Below, piece after piece: positions 1 through 12,334 of a stretch of DNA of 64,000 nucleotides. Source of the DNA: Vicugna vicugna. Lineage: Eukaryota. The DNA lies in NCBI GenBank assembly GCA_013265495.1, contig MU058290.1, forward strand, positions 434,001 to 498,000, in the 5' to 3' direction. The translations under genes and the position numbers were made by a program. The notes below the pieces were generated by a model. The model searched no databases, was not told where the DNA came from, and saw nothing but the letters and a program-made list of their open reading frames with translations. Numbering within the stretch: position 1 is the first letter of the stretch; every line of letters begins with the position of its first letter.

Positions 1-229
1 TTTCTCTGCCTCTTTTATGTTTATTTTCTCCTATAAGCATTACATGATCTCCTTTCATGACAAGAGGGGAATCCAGACCTGAAGCTTCAATGACAGTGTC
101 TGATCTTCCTGGAGAGGAGGGGTGGTCTCCTCCACAAAAACCAGTAAGAAGTGAAGGAGCAGAAGTAGGGTGAAGGTCTCTCGGTGTTTGCTGGAGAATG
201 GCTGGATTATAAGCAGAGCCTCCAGGTAG

Positions 230-950
230 TGAGGATCCATGGGGAATGATTTCCCACTTTCAGAAGCTGTGTTAGGAGAGTGCTCTGTACTAGTTATTCC
301 CTTCCCCTGGGGCCTGTCTTCTCTGGAGACCCCGATGTCTTCTCCCTTTGTTTTCCAGCAGAGTGGAAAACATTGCCTTTTCCAGCCCCAAACTTCTCCA
401 GGATGGCATGAGGTTTAATCAATCTGTAAGCCTTCTCAGAGTGCCTACCAGCTATTCACGGGAAAGTCTGTAACAGTAACACGGAGTGTGGTGGCTGAGA
501 TGGAGGAAGCTGTTCCCGTGCCTCTAGTGATGGCTGTCAGTTATGGGTTTTGAGAATGGAGCCTCTTCTGATTCTCTAGAAAGAAGAGATGAACTGGAAG
601 ATTGATTTGGCCTCAGGCATACTGGGCTGTGCATTTACCCCAGGAATCAGTCCCCTCCCAGAACCTCCTTGGCTCTTTTATAGATCTTTTCCTTTTTTGT
701 TTGTGTTTGAGCCCTGTGAGTCTCAAGCAGGTGCCTGAGGTTAGGACACTCTCCTGGTCCAATACAGAACTGTGCAGAATATTCCTTAGCTCCTCTGAGA
801 GGTTGCGTGAAGGAGCTGTGCTCTAAGCCTCCTTCATCTTGACGGAGGTACAGGTCTTTTAGCACAACTCATTTCCTGTCCCTGTATCTCCAACTTGTGA
901 AGCAGTTTCATCTCAAAGACTTATCAGTTCATTTCATTTCCTTGTTGGAA
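230..950 (-). promoter_or_regulatory. Putative OR11 upstream/promoter block with O/E (EBF)-like sites, probably belonging to an OR gene off the left edge
   Basis: TCCCCTGGGG at ~303 and TCTCTGGAGA at ~320. The block is colinear with 16630-17420 upstream of the OR11G2-like gene; shared words include ggatccatgg, ttattccctt, ttctctggagacc and caggtcttttagcacaa. Confidence 0.45.
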
Positions 951-1489
951 CAGCTTTGATGGTCCCTCTGTTCATAACATGAGATTCACAGTTGGCAAAC
1001 AAGGACCCTTACAATGGAGCTCTAACCCATTGTTTTGTCATTTTGATATTTTACCTTTTCCCCACCACTTCTTGTACATGGCTTGTGTCCCTGTCACATC
1101 AACATGCTTAGGTACACAATGGAAGATTATATACTTTGGGAGTGAATAATTTTACCCTGTGAAAATCAGCCAAGAACACTCTGCCTTGATGACTACCGTG
1201 GGGGAGTTAAGCCCTGTGGAGTGAAGGACCCCAAAAGTTTAATTTCCTAATGCAGATGAAGAGAGTTAACTTATGATGTGTCTTTGCTTTTTTTTTTTCC
1301 ACTTAGCCTCTGCTGTCATAGTTCCCTTCACCCCAGATGTTTTCTCACAGAATTCTTGGTGTTAGTACAGTGTGACAGGGATCATTGGTTCCTGGTCCGT
1401 ACCCTCTCTGTATTTCCTCCTTCTTTCTACTTCAGTACAGTTGCCAGCTTCTACATTTATTTTCCCCGGTTTGTTTTTTCCTAACTGGG

Positions 1490-1848
1490 AAAGCTGCTTT
1501 GGCTGCCTGTTCTCTGTTCTTCCAGGCCAGAAGTCCTGGGAAATGTATGACCTCCACACTTCCCAGAAACCCTGAACTTTGGCCAGATGGGAATTGGTAT
1601 ATCAATATCCCAGCTCCTTTGCCTTTATAGCAAGATAAGTCAGATGTCTACTGCACTACCTTGGGATTCTCCAGAGGGATTGGCTCCGTTTACCCACAGT
1701 GGTAGCTGGCTTGACAATTTACCCTTTGTTGGAAGACTTCCCTTCCTTGTTTCACTTTTGTCTGTCAACGTTTCCTTTACTACCAAATGAAATACTTGCA
1801 CTGGAATCCTTGTTTCAGGATTTCCTTCCTGGAGACTAGCAAAGTCAT
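1490..1848 (+). mobile_element. Old ERVL LTR fragment (LTR16-like)
   Basis: The 3' end aaatacttgcactggaatccttgtttcaggatttccttcctggagactagcaaagtca resembles LTR16-family termini. The left boundary is approximate. Confidence 0.5.
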
Positions 1849-2607
1849 AGGGGCTGGGACATTGTGGCCAACCACCATTTGTAACAGCATTCAGATAAGC
1901 CAATTTGTTTCTAGTTTCAAACAACCACTTAAACCTTTTTTTCCCATTTAAATTTTTAAACAACTTAAATATTGATTTTGTCTGGTGGGTGTTGGGTGCC
2001 ATTCTTTATAATGGTTCCTTTAAGCATATTATAATCGAAACACCATCTATCTGCAGTCAGAAATTTTTATGGTGGAAGATGAAGTGTGCATGCAGATTTT
2101 CCAGGTAAAGGAATAATAGATTCATCTGATACATCGCTGATTTTTTTCTCTTAATTGGTTGTCAGCACTAAGCTTTCTTAGAAGAAAAGAAATAGTGAAG
2201 AGTTTTCAGAAGATAATACATTATCTGAGGATACAGCTTGGTTGACATTCTCCACTGTTGAGCAGAATGCTGCTACCATTTCTCTTAGAAATAGAACAAC
2301 AGATATTGCTCTGCTGCTCACATGTTCCACTACTACTCAGTGGCAGAGATGTCTCAGATACGAAGTCATTTTCTTATAGAGAATGTGCAGGAGGGATTAT
2401 CTCATTCTGCAGCCAACCTCATTTCTTGTGAGCTTGCAAGTCAGATTTTTACAGACCGTCTTCCTAGACTGTCTGTATCACTGTTTAGTTCAAGACTATC
2501 AACAACTACAGAATGATACCACCTTTTTTTCTTATTCCCTTCTTGTATCAGGTTACCTATCATCATTTTCTGGTTTTAAATCTGATTATGGTTGGTTTGA
2601 TCAAATC

Positions 2608-2835
2608 TTCCCTTCCTCCTTTTCTCCATTCTTTTTTCTCCCTTCCCCCTCTCTTTTCCTCCTTTCTCTCCCTCCCTCCCTCTCTTTCCCTCCCTCCCTC
2701 CCTGTCCCTCTTTCTCCCTTTCTCTTTCCTCTCTCCCTTTCTCCAACCCTCCTTTCTTCTTTCTTTCATTAGTTGCTTCCTTTCTCCTTTCTTTCATTAG
2801 TTGCTTCCTTTCTCCCATTTTCCCTCTTCCTCTTC
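2608..2835. repeat. CT-rich low-complexity tract with (CCCT)n and a ~27-bp tandem duplication
   Basis: Pyrimidine run; ctttcattagttgcttcctttctcc occurs twice near 2763-2815. Confidence 0.9.
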
Positions 2836-3049
2836 TGGCCACCTTTTTAGGTTTCTTAGAGGAGTTTATTGTTCTTCTGGAAACATTCATATATTGAAAC
2901 TTGTTCAGAATTTTGTCATTAATCATTTGATACTGAGTTTACACTAAAATTTTATTATGACTCTAATCAGAATCTTTATTGGTAAAATCATATTGTTCAA
3001 TTGAACTTTTTCTGAGCCACAGAATAGCTTTGCCCTAAAAATGTCTTTT

Positions 3050-6000
3050 TTTTAAAGACCTCTTTGAGGTCTGTTTGACATGCAGAGTCTGAACATATTA
3101 AATGTATACAACTTAATGAACTTGGGGATAAGTGTACATCCATGAAACTATCACTTCCATGAGATCCATAGACATAATTTATCACCTCCCAAAGTTTCTG
3201 CCTCCATTTTCATTATTATTATTTTTGTTGCAGGAATATCTACCCTGTTTGGAAATTTTTAGTGTGCAGTACAGTATTGTTAGTTGTAGGCACTGTATTA
3301 CATAGTAGATGTCTAGAACTTGTAATCTTGCATAGCTGATGCTTTGTTCAGTTTATCCCTATGTCCCCACTTTCATCTTCCCCCCAGCCCCTTGCAATCA
3401 CCATTCTACTCTCTGTTTCTATGAGTGGCTACTTTAGATGCCCTAAATAAGTGAGGTCATGTAGTATTTGTATTTTTGTTTCTGGCTTATTTCATTTAGC
3501 ATAATGTTCTCCAGGTTCATCCGTGTTGTCCAAATGGCAGGATTTTCTTCTTTTTAAAGGCTGAATAGAATATATGTGTAGGTGTGTGTGTGTATGTAGG
3601 GGTTGGACATATATATATGTATATATTTTATATGTACATTTTTCTTTATCCATTTATGTGTTGAGGGACATTTAGGTTGTTTTCGTATCTTGGCTATTCA
3701 GAATATTGCTGTAATTACAGATATCTCTTCAAGATCTTGATTTAATTTCTTTAGGTAAATACTCAGAAGAGGGACTGCTGGATCATATGGTACTTCTAGT
3801 TTTAATTCTTTGAGGAAATGCTATACTGTTTTCCATAATGGCTGTACCAATTTACATTCCTGCCAACAGTAACCAAAATGTTCTTTTTAATCCATATCTT
3901 TACCAACATTTGTTATCTTTTGTTTTTCTTTTTATTTAAATTTTTAAAATTAAAGTATAGTTTAATAATACTACAATGTTTTAGGTGTACAGCAAAGCAA
4001 TTCAGTTATACATATACATACATATATTTTTTTCTTTCCAGATTCTTTTACATTATATGTTATTATAAGAAATTGGATATAGTTCCCTGGGCTATGCAGT
4101 AGGTCCTTGTTGTTTACCTATTTTATATGTGGTAATGTGTATCTGTTAATCCCAAACTCCTAATTTTCCCTCCTCTGCCCTTTCTCTTTGGTAACCATAG
4201 TTTGTTTTCTATATCCATTAGTCTGTTTTTGGTTTGTAAGTAGAATTTGTATTGGTTTTCTATTTAATTAATTAATTAATTAATATTATATTGAAATGTA
4301 ATCAGTTTACAATGCTGTGTCAATTTCTGGTGTACAGCATAATGCTTCAGTCATGCATCAACATACTTATATTCTTTTTCACCATACATTATTACAAGAT
4401 ATTGAATATAGTTCCCTGTGCTGTACAGTATGAACTCATCTATTTTATATACATTAGTTAGTATCTGCAAATCTCGAACTCCCAGTTTATCCCTTCCTAT
4501 CCTCTTCCCCTCTGGTGACTATAAGTTTGTTTTCTATGTCTGTGAGTCTTTTTCTGTTTTGTAAATAAGTTTGTTTGTTTTTTTAGATTCCACATATAAG
4601 TAATATCATATGGTATTTTCCTTTTAGTTACTGGCTTATTTCACTTAGAATGACAATCTCTAGGTCCATCCATGTTGCTGTAAGTAGCATTATTTTATTC
4701 TTTTTTATGGCTGCGTAGTATTCCATTGTATAAATATACCACAATTTCTTTATCCAGTCATCTGTTGATGGACATTTAAGTTGTTTCCATGTCTTGGCTA
4801 TTGTAAATAATGCTGCTATGAACATTTGGTGCATGTATCTTTTTGAAATAAGATTCTCTCTGGATATGTGCTCAGGAATGGGATTGCTGGACCATATGGT
4901 AAGTTTATTTTTAGCCTTCTGAGGAATCTCCATACTGTTTTCCATAACTGCTGCACCAAACTACATTCCCACCAACAGTGTAGGAGTGTTCCCTTTTCTC
5001 TACCCCGTCTCCAGCATTTATCTTTTGAATGATGGCCATTCTGACTGCTGTGAGGTGATACCTCATTGTAGTTTTGATTTGCATTTCCCTGATTATTACT
5101 GATGTTGGGCATCTTTTTATATGCTTGTTGACTATTTGTATGTCTTCTTTGAAAAAATATCTAGGTCTTTTTCCTATTTTAAAGAGTTTTGTTTGTTCAT
5201 TTGTTTTTGTTTTTGTTTTTGTTTTGCTTTTAACTTGTAGATTTTTTTATGTGTTTGGTGTATTAACTCCTTGTCAAATATATGGTTTGTAAATAAATTT
5301 TCCTATTCCATAGGCTGTCTTTTCTTTTCCAAAATTTTTTTGTTGAATGAATTTTACATGTAACATCATGTAAACTTAGGGTGTACAGTATATTGCTTTG
5401 ATACATTTGTATATAGTAATATGATGTAGCAATATTTATCACATTATATAACTACACATTCATTATACTGTGCATTAGATCTCTATGGCTTATTTAACGC
5501 TTGTTACGAGTTCGAACATGTAAACACTGTAAATCTGATCCATCTCCCCCACCCCCCCGGTAACCACCATTCTTTTTTTACAGGTTGGACTTTTTTAAAT
5601 TCCATGTGTAAGTGATATCATACAGTACTTGTCTTTGTCTGACTTACCTCATTTAGTATAATGTGCTCAAGGTCCACCCATGTTGTCACAAAAGGCAGGA
5701 TGTCTTCTTTTCTCATGACTTAATAATATTCCATTGTGTATATGTACCACATCTTTTTTTTATCCATTCATCCATTGATGGGCGTTTGAGGTTTTTCCAT
5801 ATTTTGGCTATTGTAAATCCTGTTGCAGTAAACATGGGAGTGCATATATGTTACTGAAATCCTGTTTCATTTCCTTTGGCTATATACCCAGAAGTGGAAT
5901 TGCTGGAGCATATGGTAGACCTATTTTTAATTTTCTGAGGAACCTCCATATTGTTTTCCATAGTGGTCTGACCAATTTACATTCCCACCAACAATATATG

Positions 6001-6705
6001 AGTTCCCTTTTCACCACATCCTCATCACCAGAAGACATTCTTGATGCTAGTCATTTTAACAGGCGTGAGGTGATGTCTCATTGTAGTTTTGATTTGCATT
6101 TTCCTAGTGATTAGTAGATATTGAGCATATTTTCATTTGCCTATTGGACATTTTGATGTCCTCTTTGGAAAGCTGTCTATTTAGTTCTTCTGCCCAATTT
6201 TAATCAGGTTGGTTTTCTTTTTTTTTGTTATTAAGTTGCCTAAGTTCTTTATATATTTTGGAAATTAACCCCTTACCTGATATATGGTTTGCAAAAAATT
6301 TCCTCCCATTCTGTAGGTTATCTTGGTTGCCTTTTTAATTTGTTTGTTTCCTTCACTGTTCAGAAGCTTTTTAGATCAATGTATGTTCACTTGTTGACTT
6401 TTGCTTTTGTTGCTTGTGCTTTTGATTTTGTATACAAAAAATCTTTGCCTAGTCCAGTGGTAAGAATCTTTTCCCCTATGGTTTCTTCTAGGGGTTTTAC
6501 GGTTTCAGTTCTTACATTTAAATCTTTAATGCACTTTGAGTTGATTTTTGTTTATGGTGTAAGATATGGTTTCAGTTTTACTCTTTTGCATGTGGATTTT
6601 TGGTTTTCCAAACACCATTTATTGAAGAGACTACCATTTCTCCACTTTGTATTCTTGATGCTCTTGCCAAAGATTAATTGATTGTATATGTGTGGGTTTA
6701 TTAGG
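3050..6705 (-). mobile_element. Stack of nested antisense LINE-1 3' fragments
   Basis: ORF2 C-terminal motifs ([45 protein letters not shown]) and repeated L1 3'-UTR starts at ~3050, ~3930, ~4260 and ~5335. Confidence 0.9.
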
Positions 6706-6937
6706 TGTGTCTTCTTTTAACTTTGTAAGCTTATTGCCATGTATTTGAAGTTTTCTACAAAGTTGGATCATGTTGTCTGATTCTTCTGGCTGAGCTGATT
6801 AGCATTTGATCATTAATTTCCAAAATATTCACTTACACAATCTAAACAGAAGATATGTTCATATCCTCCTAGGTGGCACACAGTTTCCTTGAGAATATTG
6901 CCACAACTCAAATAGTATAGATTCCTGTTCAGTTAGT

Positions 6938-7458
6938 TGTATTAATTTCTTATTGATGGTATAACAAATACCACACATTTAGTGGTTGAAAACAATGCAA
7001 ATATATTATCTTAGAATTTTGGAAGACAGAAGTCTGAAATAGGTATCACTGGATTAAATCTAAGGTGTCAGCAGGACTGTGTTCTTTATAGGGGCTCTAA
7101 GGGAATCCATTCCCTTGCCTTTTTTTAGCTGCTAGATATTTCCTGCATTACCTCGTTTGTCCTCTTCTTCCATATTGAAAGACAACAGTGTAATATCTTC
7201 AAACTTCTCTGTAACTTTAATCCCTGCTTCCATTGTCACACCTTCTTCTTTTACTCTCTCTCACCTGCCTCTCACTTTCACATATAAAGGCCTTTATGTT
7301 TAGATTGGCCGCCCAGGTAATCCAGGACTGTCTTCCTGTCTCAAGAGCCTTAATTCAATCGTATTTTCAAAGTCCTTTTTGCCATGCAGGGTAACATATT
7401 CACAGGTTTAGGGATTAAGATATGGATATCTTTGGGGTGTTATTATTCTGCATACCAT
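6938..7458 (-). mobile_element. MaLR MLT1-type solo LTR
   Basis: tgtattaatttc...ataacaaataccaca...gaagtctgaaat...aaggtgtcagcagg...ggttagggattaaga...tattctgcatacca pattern is typical of MLT1. Confidence 0.75.
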
Positions 7459-7779
7459 TCGGGTTCTGGGCAGTGTAGATGTAGACCCAGTTCTTGTAAT
7501 CTTTCCAGTCAATGGCAGGCTCAGGCAAGGCTGGTTCCAGGGAGGACTCTGGATTGTCTGTTGATAGCCCTATCTTTCGTATATCACTTTATCTCCTACC
7601 AATGTTTAAAAGTAAGTTATTCAGTAAGTCAGCAAGCTTCTGTCACTTTCTTTTTAGCTTTACTGAATTGTGAGTTAAAGACTGACCATAAACACTTCTG
7701 GTGTAACTTTCCCCCCCATTCCCAGCCTAAGGCAAAAATAAATGCTGTTTGTCTAGGATTTAACAGTAATTAGATTTGA

Positions 7780-7905
7780 TTTTACCTTTTACATGCAGGA
7801 ACTGAGGCTCTTAGGATCTTAGTCACTTTCTGCCATTACACAACTAGTAATTGGCAGAGCTAGAATTCAAACCCAGGTCAGGGGTGTTTGGGTCCATTGC
7901 TCTTC
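7780..7905. mobile_element. MIR SINE fragment
   Basis: MIR core words gaactgaggctc and ggcagagctagaattcaaacccaggtc. Confidence 0.65.
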
Positions 7906-7919
7906 AGCCTGTGTTGATG

Positions 7920-8390
7920 AATTGTTGGGGCAATGATTGCATTCTTGTATGTCCCCTGCACAGTCCACAACATATTTATCAACATTCAGTCCAACACCAT
8001 CTCCTTCCCTGGCTGCTTTGCTCATTTCTGCTTCATTTCCCTGGACACATCTGAATGCTGCTGGCTTTCTTTCATGATGGTAACTGAACATCAAATGCAC
8101 TGTCCCACTGTCATGAATGGCTCTAGGTATTCCAGTGTCCACATGATTGCTCATTCACATCCTCATATGCTTAATTCTCATTTTTCCCTATCATTATTTT
8201 CCACTTCCTGTGTGACATGGACCCACTGATGCTCTATCCTGTACCCTCATACTCATCACAGAATACATACTCCATTTCCTGAGTCCCACATCTGGGAGTT
8301 CAGTTAAAATGCAGATAATTATTACATCATGAGTTAACCTGTTCTGTAGTGATGTTCAGTCTCAAACCCTGTCTTCCCTAGCCTACTTGA
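7920..8390 (+). pseudogene. Highly decayed OR11H-like olfactory receptor relic, inverted relative to the cluster
   Basis: Translations across frames, in OR order: YVPCTVHNIFINIQSNTISFPGCFAHFCFISLDTSEC (TM2-TM3), MHCPTVMN (cf. LHYPTLM), HFLCDMDPLM/ALSC (EC2), SPTSGSSVKMQIIIT (EC3-TM7). Contains frameshifts and internal deletions. Confidence 0.75.
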
Positions 8391-11300
8391 TAATAATCTG
8401 AATCTTGCAGTCAGTCATACCTTTTGTGGAATTAGACTTAATCAAAGCTCACAAACTGCCTTTGTATAACCAATAGCTACTTCCATCTTTTTCTGTTTTG
8501 GTGAAGAGGCATAGGGAAGAATAATTGTTTTTCAACAATCCAAGTAGATTTGTCTTTATTCTTTATAAATCTCTAGCTATTAGTACAAAGAAACAATATT
8601 CAATATGTGTAACCACATTTTAGTAAAGATATTATGAACAACAATGAAAAAAGAGAAAAATATTGTAATATACTTGGCAGATAAAGTGTTAATACCTAAA
8701 ATAAATTAGTTTTTTTAAAAGAAAAACATAAACAATTAAAAAATGAATAAGGATGTTAACAGACAAATCACAGTAGAGAAAAATCATTGGCTAATGACAT
8801 AAGAGAAAAAAAGCTCAATCTTATCACTAGTCAAGGAAGTGGGCTATCTCTTTTAACCTACCAAGCTGCCACATTTAAAGTTATTTATTAGCTTCTAGAG
8901 GTGAATAGGTACTTACATTGATGGTGGAGATATGATTGTGTATCGCCTTGAGTGAAAGCAAGCTAACAATATCTATTATGTGTACTGGTCTTTGATCCAA
9001 AAATACATTCCTGGGAATCTACCTCATAAACATAAAAACACAAGTATTTTAGAATATTTGTGTGTATATGTGTGTGTGTGTATAAATGTACAGTGTTATG
9101 TTCATTAAGAATAATGTAGAAGCATACCCATTAGATTATTAATTATTGTTTATTTAACTAGAATGTGATACCATTGTGGAGAGAAGGGTGGAAGGAATGC
9201 AGGGAAGAAGGGAGAGGAAAAGAAAAAGGAAGGATGGCTTCCAGAGACCAGATGTCTATTGTCTATTGTGACCAGATATGTAAAACTGTATGTGTGTATG
9301 TGTAAAAGTATATATATATAAAATTACATATATTAATATAAATTATATACTCTCTATATACGTATGCACATAGACACATCTTAAGAGATGGCTACCTAAA
9401 ATTTAATGCTACTTAACTTAGAAATGTGGGATTGTATTGTTTATAATTTATTGTTTAAAAATGTTTGTAATGAACTAGTATTATATAAATGAAAAAGAAA
9501 TGAAGGTATTTTATTATAAAATAATTATTGTGTTACAAATGCATTTGTAATATAATGCTGAATGTAACGGGCAGTGCAAAGAACTGAAGTACTTTCCCTG
9601 CTTTCTTGGTTCTTACCCTCAGGGAAATCAGATGGACTGTTTGAAGTTCCAAGTCTCTGGAAGAGTGATTTTCACATTTTAGTCATAAAATAGTCCATTT
9701 TTATTTGCACATACTGTTTTTAAAAATGCATTTTGGATTTTAATTTTTATCATATTTTATAGTCAGGTTTATTTGCCTGCAGTAGCAATAAATTGTAAAA
9801 CATGAGACAGGTTTTCTTTGAGAGGCTCATAGACCCTTTCTAGGGACACTCTTGCTCTTTATCATGTGGTGACCCTGTAGTCCAAGGGCTATAGTTAGTT
9901 GTGTGGAAATACTTCATTTTCCTGCTCTCTCACCCCTTACCTCTCCATGCTTTGCACATACTGTCCCCCAGTTGACTCCTCTAACAACTATATCTCTCTT
10001 GGTCATAGCACATCTCACAATTTAATTTTTTCTCATCTTAGACTGTCAACTCCATGAGGGACTGAAATGTGACATAATGACTTATCTGATTCATTTCCTA
10101 TATCTGTACCTGACATGTTATAGGTATTTGTTAAATGTTTTGTGAACAGTAGGGAATGTAAATATAGGAATCCAGGAAAGAATCGTTATGACTTTAACAC
10201 AGTTTATTTCCTCCCACAAATCCTCAGAGGACAAAGTAATTTCTCAAATTCTGCCCCCACAACCAAGAAGTCTGAATAAAATGTTGCTTGTGAGTTTTTG
10301 GATTCTGGCTCCTTTGTTTGTATTGTTAGGTAGCCTGCTTCACAGCTTCTCTAAGGAACCCAGGAATTGTGGGGAACTGTTTCTTAGGTTGCAATTCTCA
10401 GAACATTTACCAATAGAGATATCATCATTATCTATAGAATTTTGTATCAAAGATACCAGAATACACAATGAAAATAGTCTTTCCTTCTCTTGAATCCAAG
10501 ACACCTTGTTTCCAAATACAATCATGGTTTGGTTTCTTATCTATCATTTGAAAGATATTCTATCTTTTTAAAAAACACATACACACAAAGTTATAATTTT
10601 ATACATCAATGACAGCTTGTACACTATTCATAATTTATTCACTTAACAACAGATATAACTTGGAGGTGGTTCCATATCTGAACATCTAAAACTCCCTCTT
10701 TAAGAAATGCTACATCATATTCCATTGCATGGACATGTCATAAACATTGAAGCAGATCTCAATAAATGGTCATTGATGTGTTTTCTCATACTTTGCTATA
10801 ACAAACAGTGCCATTTACACATATGTATGATTGTTATGTGTAGACTGAGTATCTGGGAGTAAGTACAATCACTGAGTTAATGGATATGTGAATTTCAAAT
10901 TTCATTAAATTGTAATTTCCTAAGTTGAAGTATACCAGTTTAGACTTCTATCAGTAATATATATCAGAAATATATATATTTCTTTTTTCCCCTTCTCAGA
11001 TGAAAGCATGTTTTATGGCTGCACACCTGAATGCTAAAAACCCCAATACTTAAAAAAAAAATTTACTATGTTTTTCTGTCTTTATGAGTGAAAAGAGTTT
11101 TTTTAAAAAAATAGAAAGATTTTTCTGTGCATTATAAAGTTATGACCAAAGCAAATTATTCAAAATTTCCATTCTCCAGATTCTTCATCTGCAAAATGAG
11201 GGTGTTAGATAAAGTCTCTAAGTCTTTTCTCACTCTAACAATCCTAGGAAAAGTAAAAATAGCCATGATGAAAAGGTTCAATAATAGGATAAACAATTCT

Positions 11301-11398
11301 CAGAGTGGTACTAGTTATTTACATAATTTTTTTTTTACCTGAAAAAGTATAAAGATTACCCAGTTGCCCAAAGATTTTTTTGACCAAGGTTCTAATTT

Positions 11399-12334
11399 TT
11401 ATATTCCCAGAAATTTCTGCAAGGCAAGTTTCATATCTTTGTTCCTAAGACTGTAGATCAGAGGATTAATGAGTGGGGTTCCTACAGAATAAAACAGAGT
11501 CACAAGCTTCTGCATTCCAGCTTCATGCTCAGATGTTGGGCTCAGATACATGACCATCACTGAGCCATAGAAAAGGGAAACCACAGCCAAATGAGACCCA
11601 CAGGTGGAGAAGGCCTTTCTTCGTCCAGCTGCTGAAGGGACCCTCAACACAGCTCTCAGGACCAGAGCATAGGAACTCATGATGCAAAGAAAAGGAATAA
11701 ATAAGAGCAGAGAACTTATGATTGCCCAAAAAACCTCCATTACTGGGGTTCTGGTACACGTGAGCGCTAATAGAGGACCTGGGTCACACAGGAAGTGGTC
11801 AATAATCCTGGATCCACAGAAGGACATCTGGGAAATTATGATGATAGGGACTGGGAACCAGAGGAAACCAAGTACCCAGCAGCTGACCACAAGATTGGAG
11901 CAGAGACGTCCAGTCATAAGAGTGGGGTAATGGAGAGGCTGGCAGATGGCAAGATAGCGATCAAATGCCATAATAGCTAAGAAAAAGCATTCTGTAGAAC
12001 CCAAGGAGAAGAAAAAGTAGAACTGGAGAAAGCACCCAGAGAAGGAGATGACCTTGTTGTCAGAGAGGAAGTTGGCCAACATGTTGGGGACCGTGGAGGT
12101 GACATAGCAGATCTCCAGGAAGGAGAAGTTGGCGAGCAGGATGTACATGGGGGTGTGGAGTCTCTGATCCCAGCACACAGCACAGATGATGGAACCATTG
12201 CCCATGAGGGTCAGGAGGTAGACACCAGAGAAGAGCACAAAGAGGAGGATCTGGCCCTCCCTGGAGCAAGGGAAGCCCAGGAGGATGAAGCCAGTGATGC
12301 TGCTGGTGTTGTTGGGGGTGTTGGAGATTTTCAT
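11399..12334 (-). CDS. OR11G2: Olfactory receptor, OR11G2-like, intact 311 aa
   Basis: FILLGF, LHTPMY, MAFDRYLAIC, PLHY, KAFSTCGSHL and PLIYSLRNKD motifs; N-glycosylation sequon NTS near the N-terminus. The N-terminus and TM1-3 closely resemble human OR11G2, but one-to-one orthology is not established. Splice acceptor tttcacag lies 11 nt before the ATG. Confidence 0.95.
   Translation of the reverse strand: MKISNTPNNTSSITGFILLGFPCSREGQILLFVLFSGVYLLTLMGNGSIICAVCWDQRLHTPMYILLANFSFLEICYVTSTVPNMLANFLSDNKVISFSGCFLQFYFFFSLGSTECFFLAIMAFDRYLAICQPLHYPTLMTGRLCSNLVVSCWVLGFLWFPVPIIIISQMSFCGSRIIDHFLCDPGPLLALTCTRTPVMEVFWAIISSLLLFIPFLCIMSSYALVLRAVLRVPSAAGRRKAFSTCGSHLAVVSLFYGSVMVMYLSPTSEHEAGMQKLVTLFYSVGTPLINPLIYSLRNKDMKLALQKFLGI

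Noticed and set aside
2383..2926. Low-complexity ORFs rich in S/L/P/F or K/E/R/G
   Set aside because: They are translations of the CT-rich repeat.
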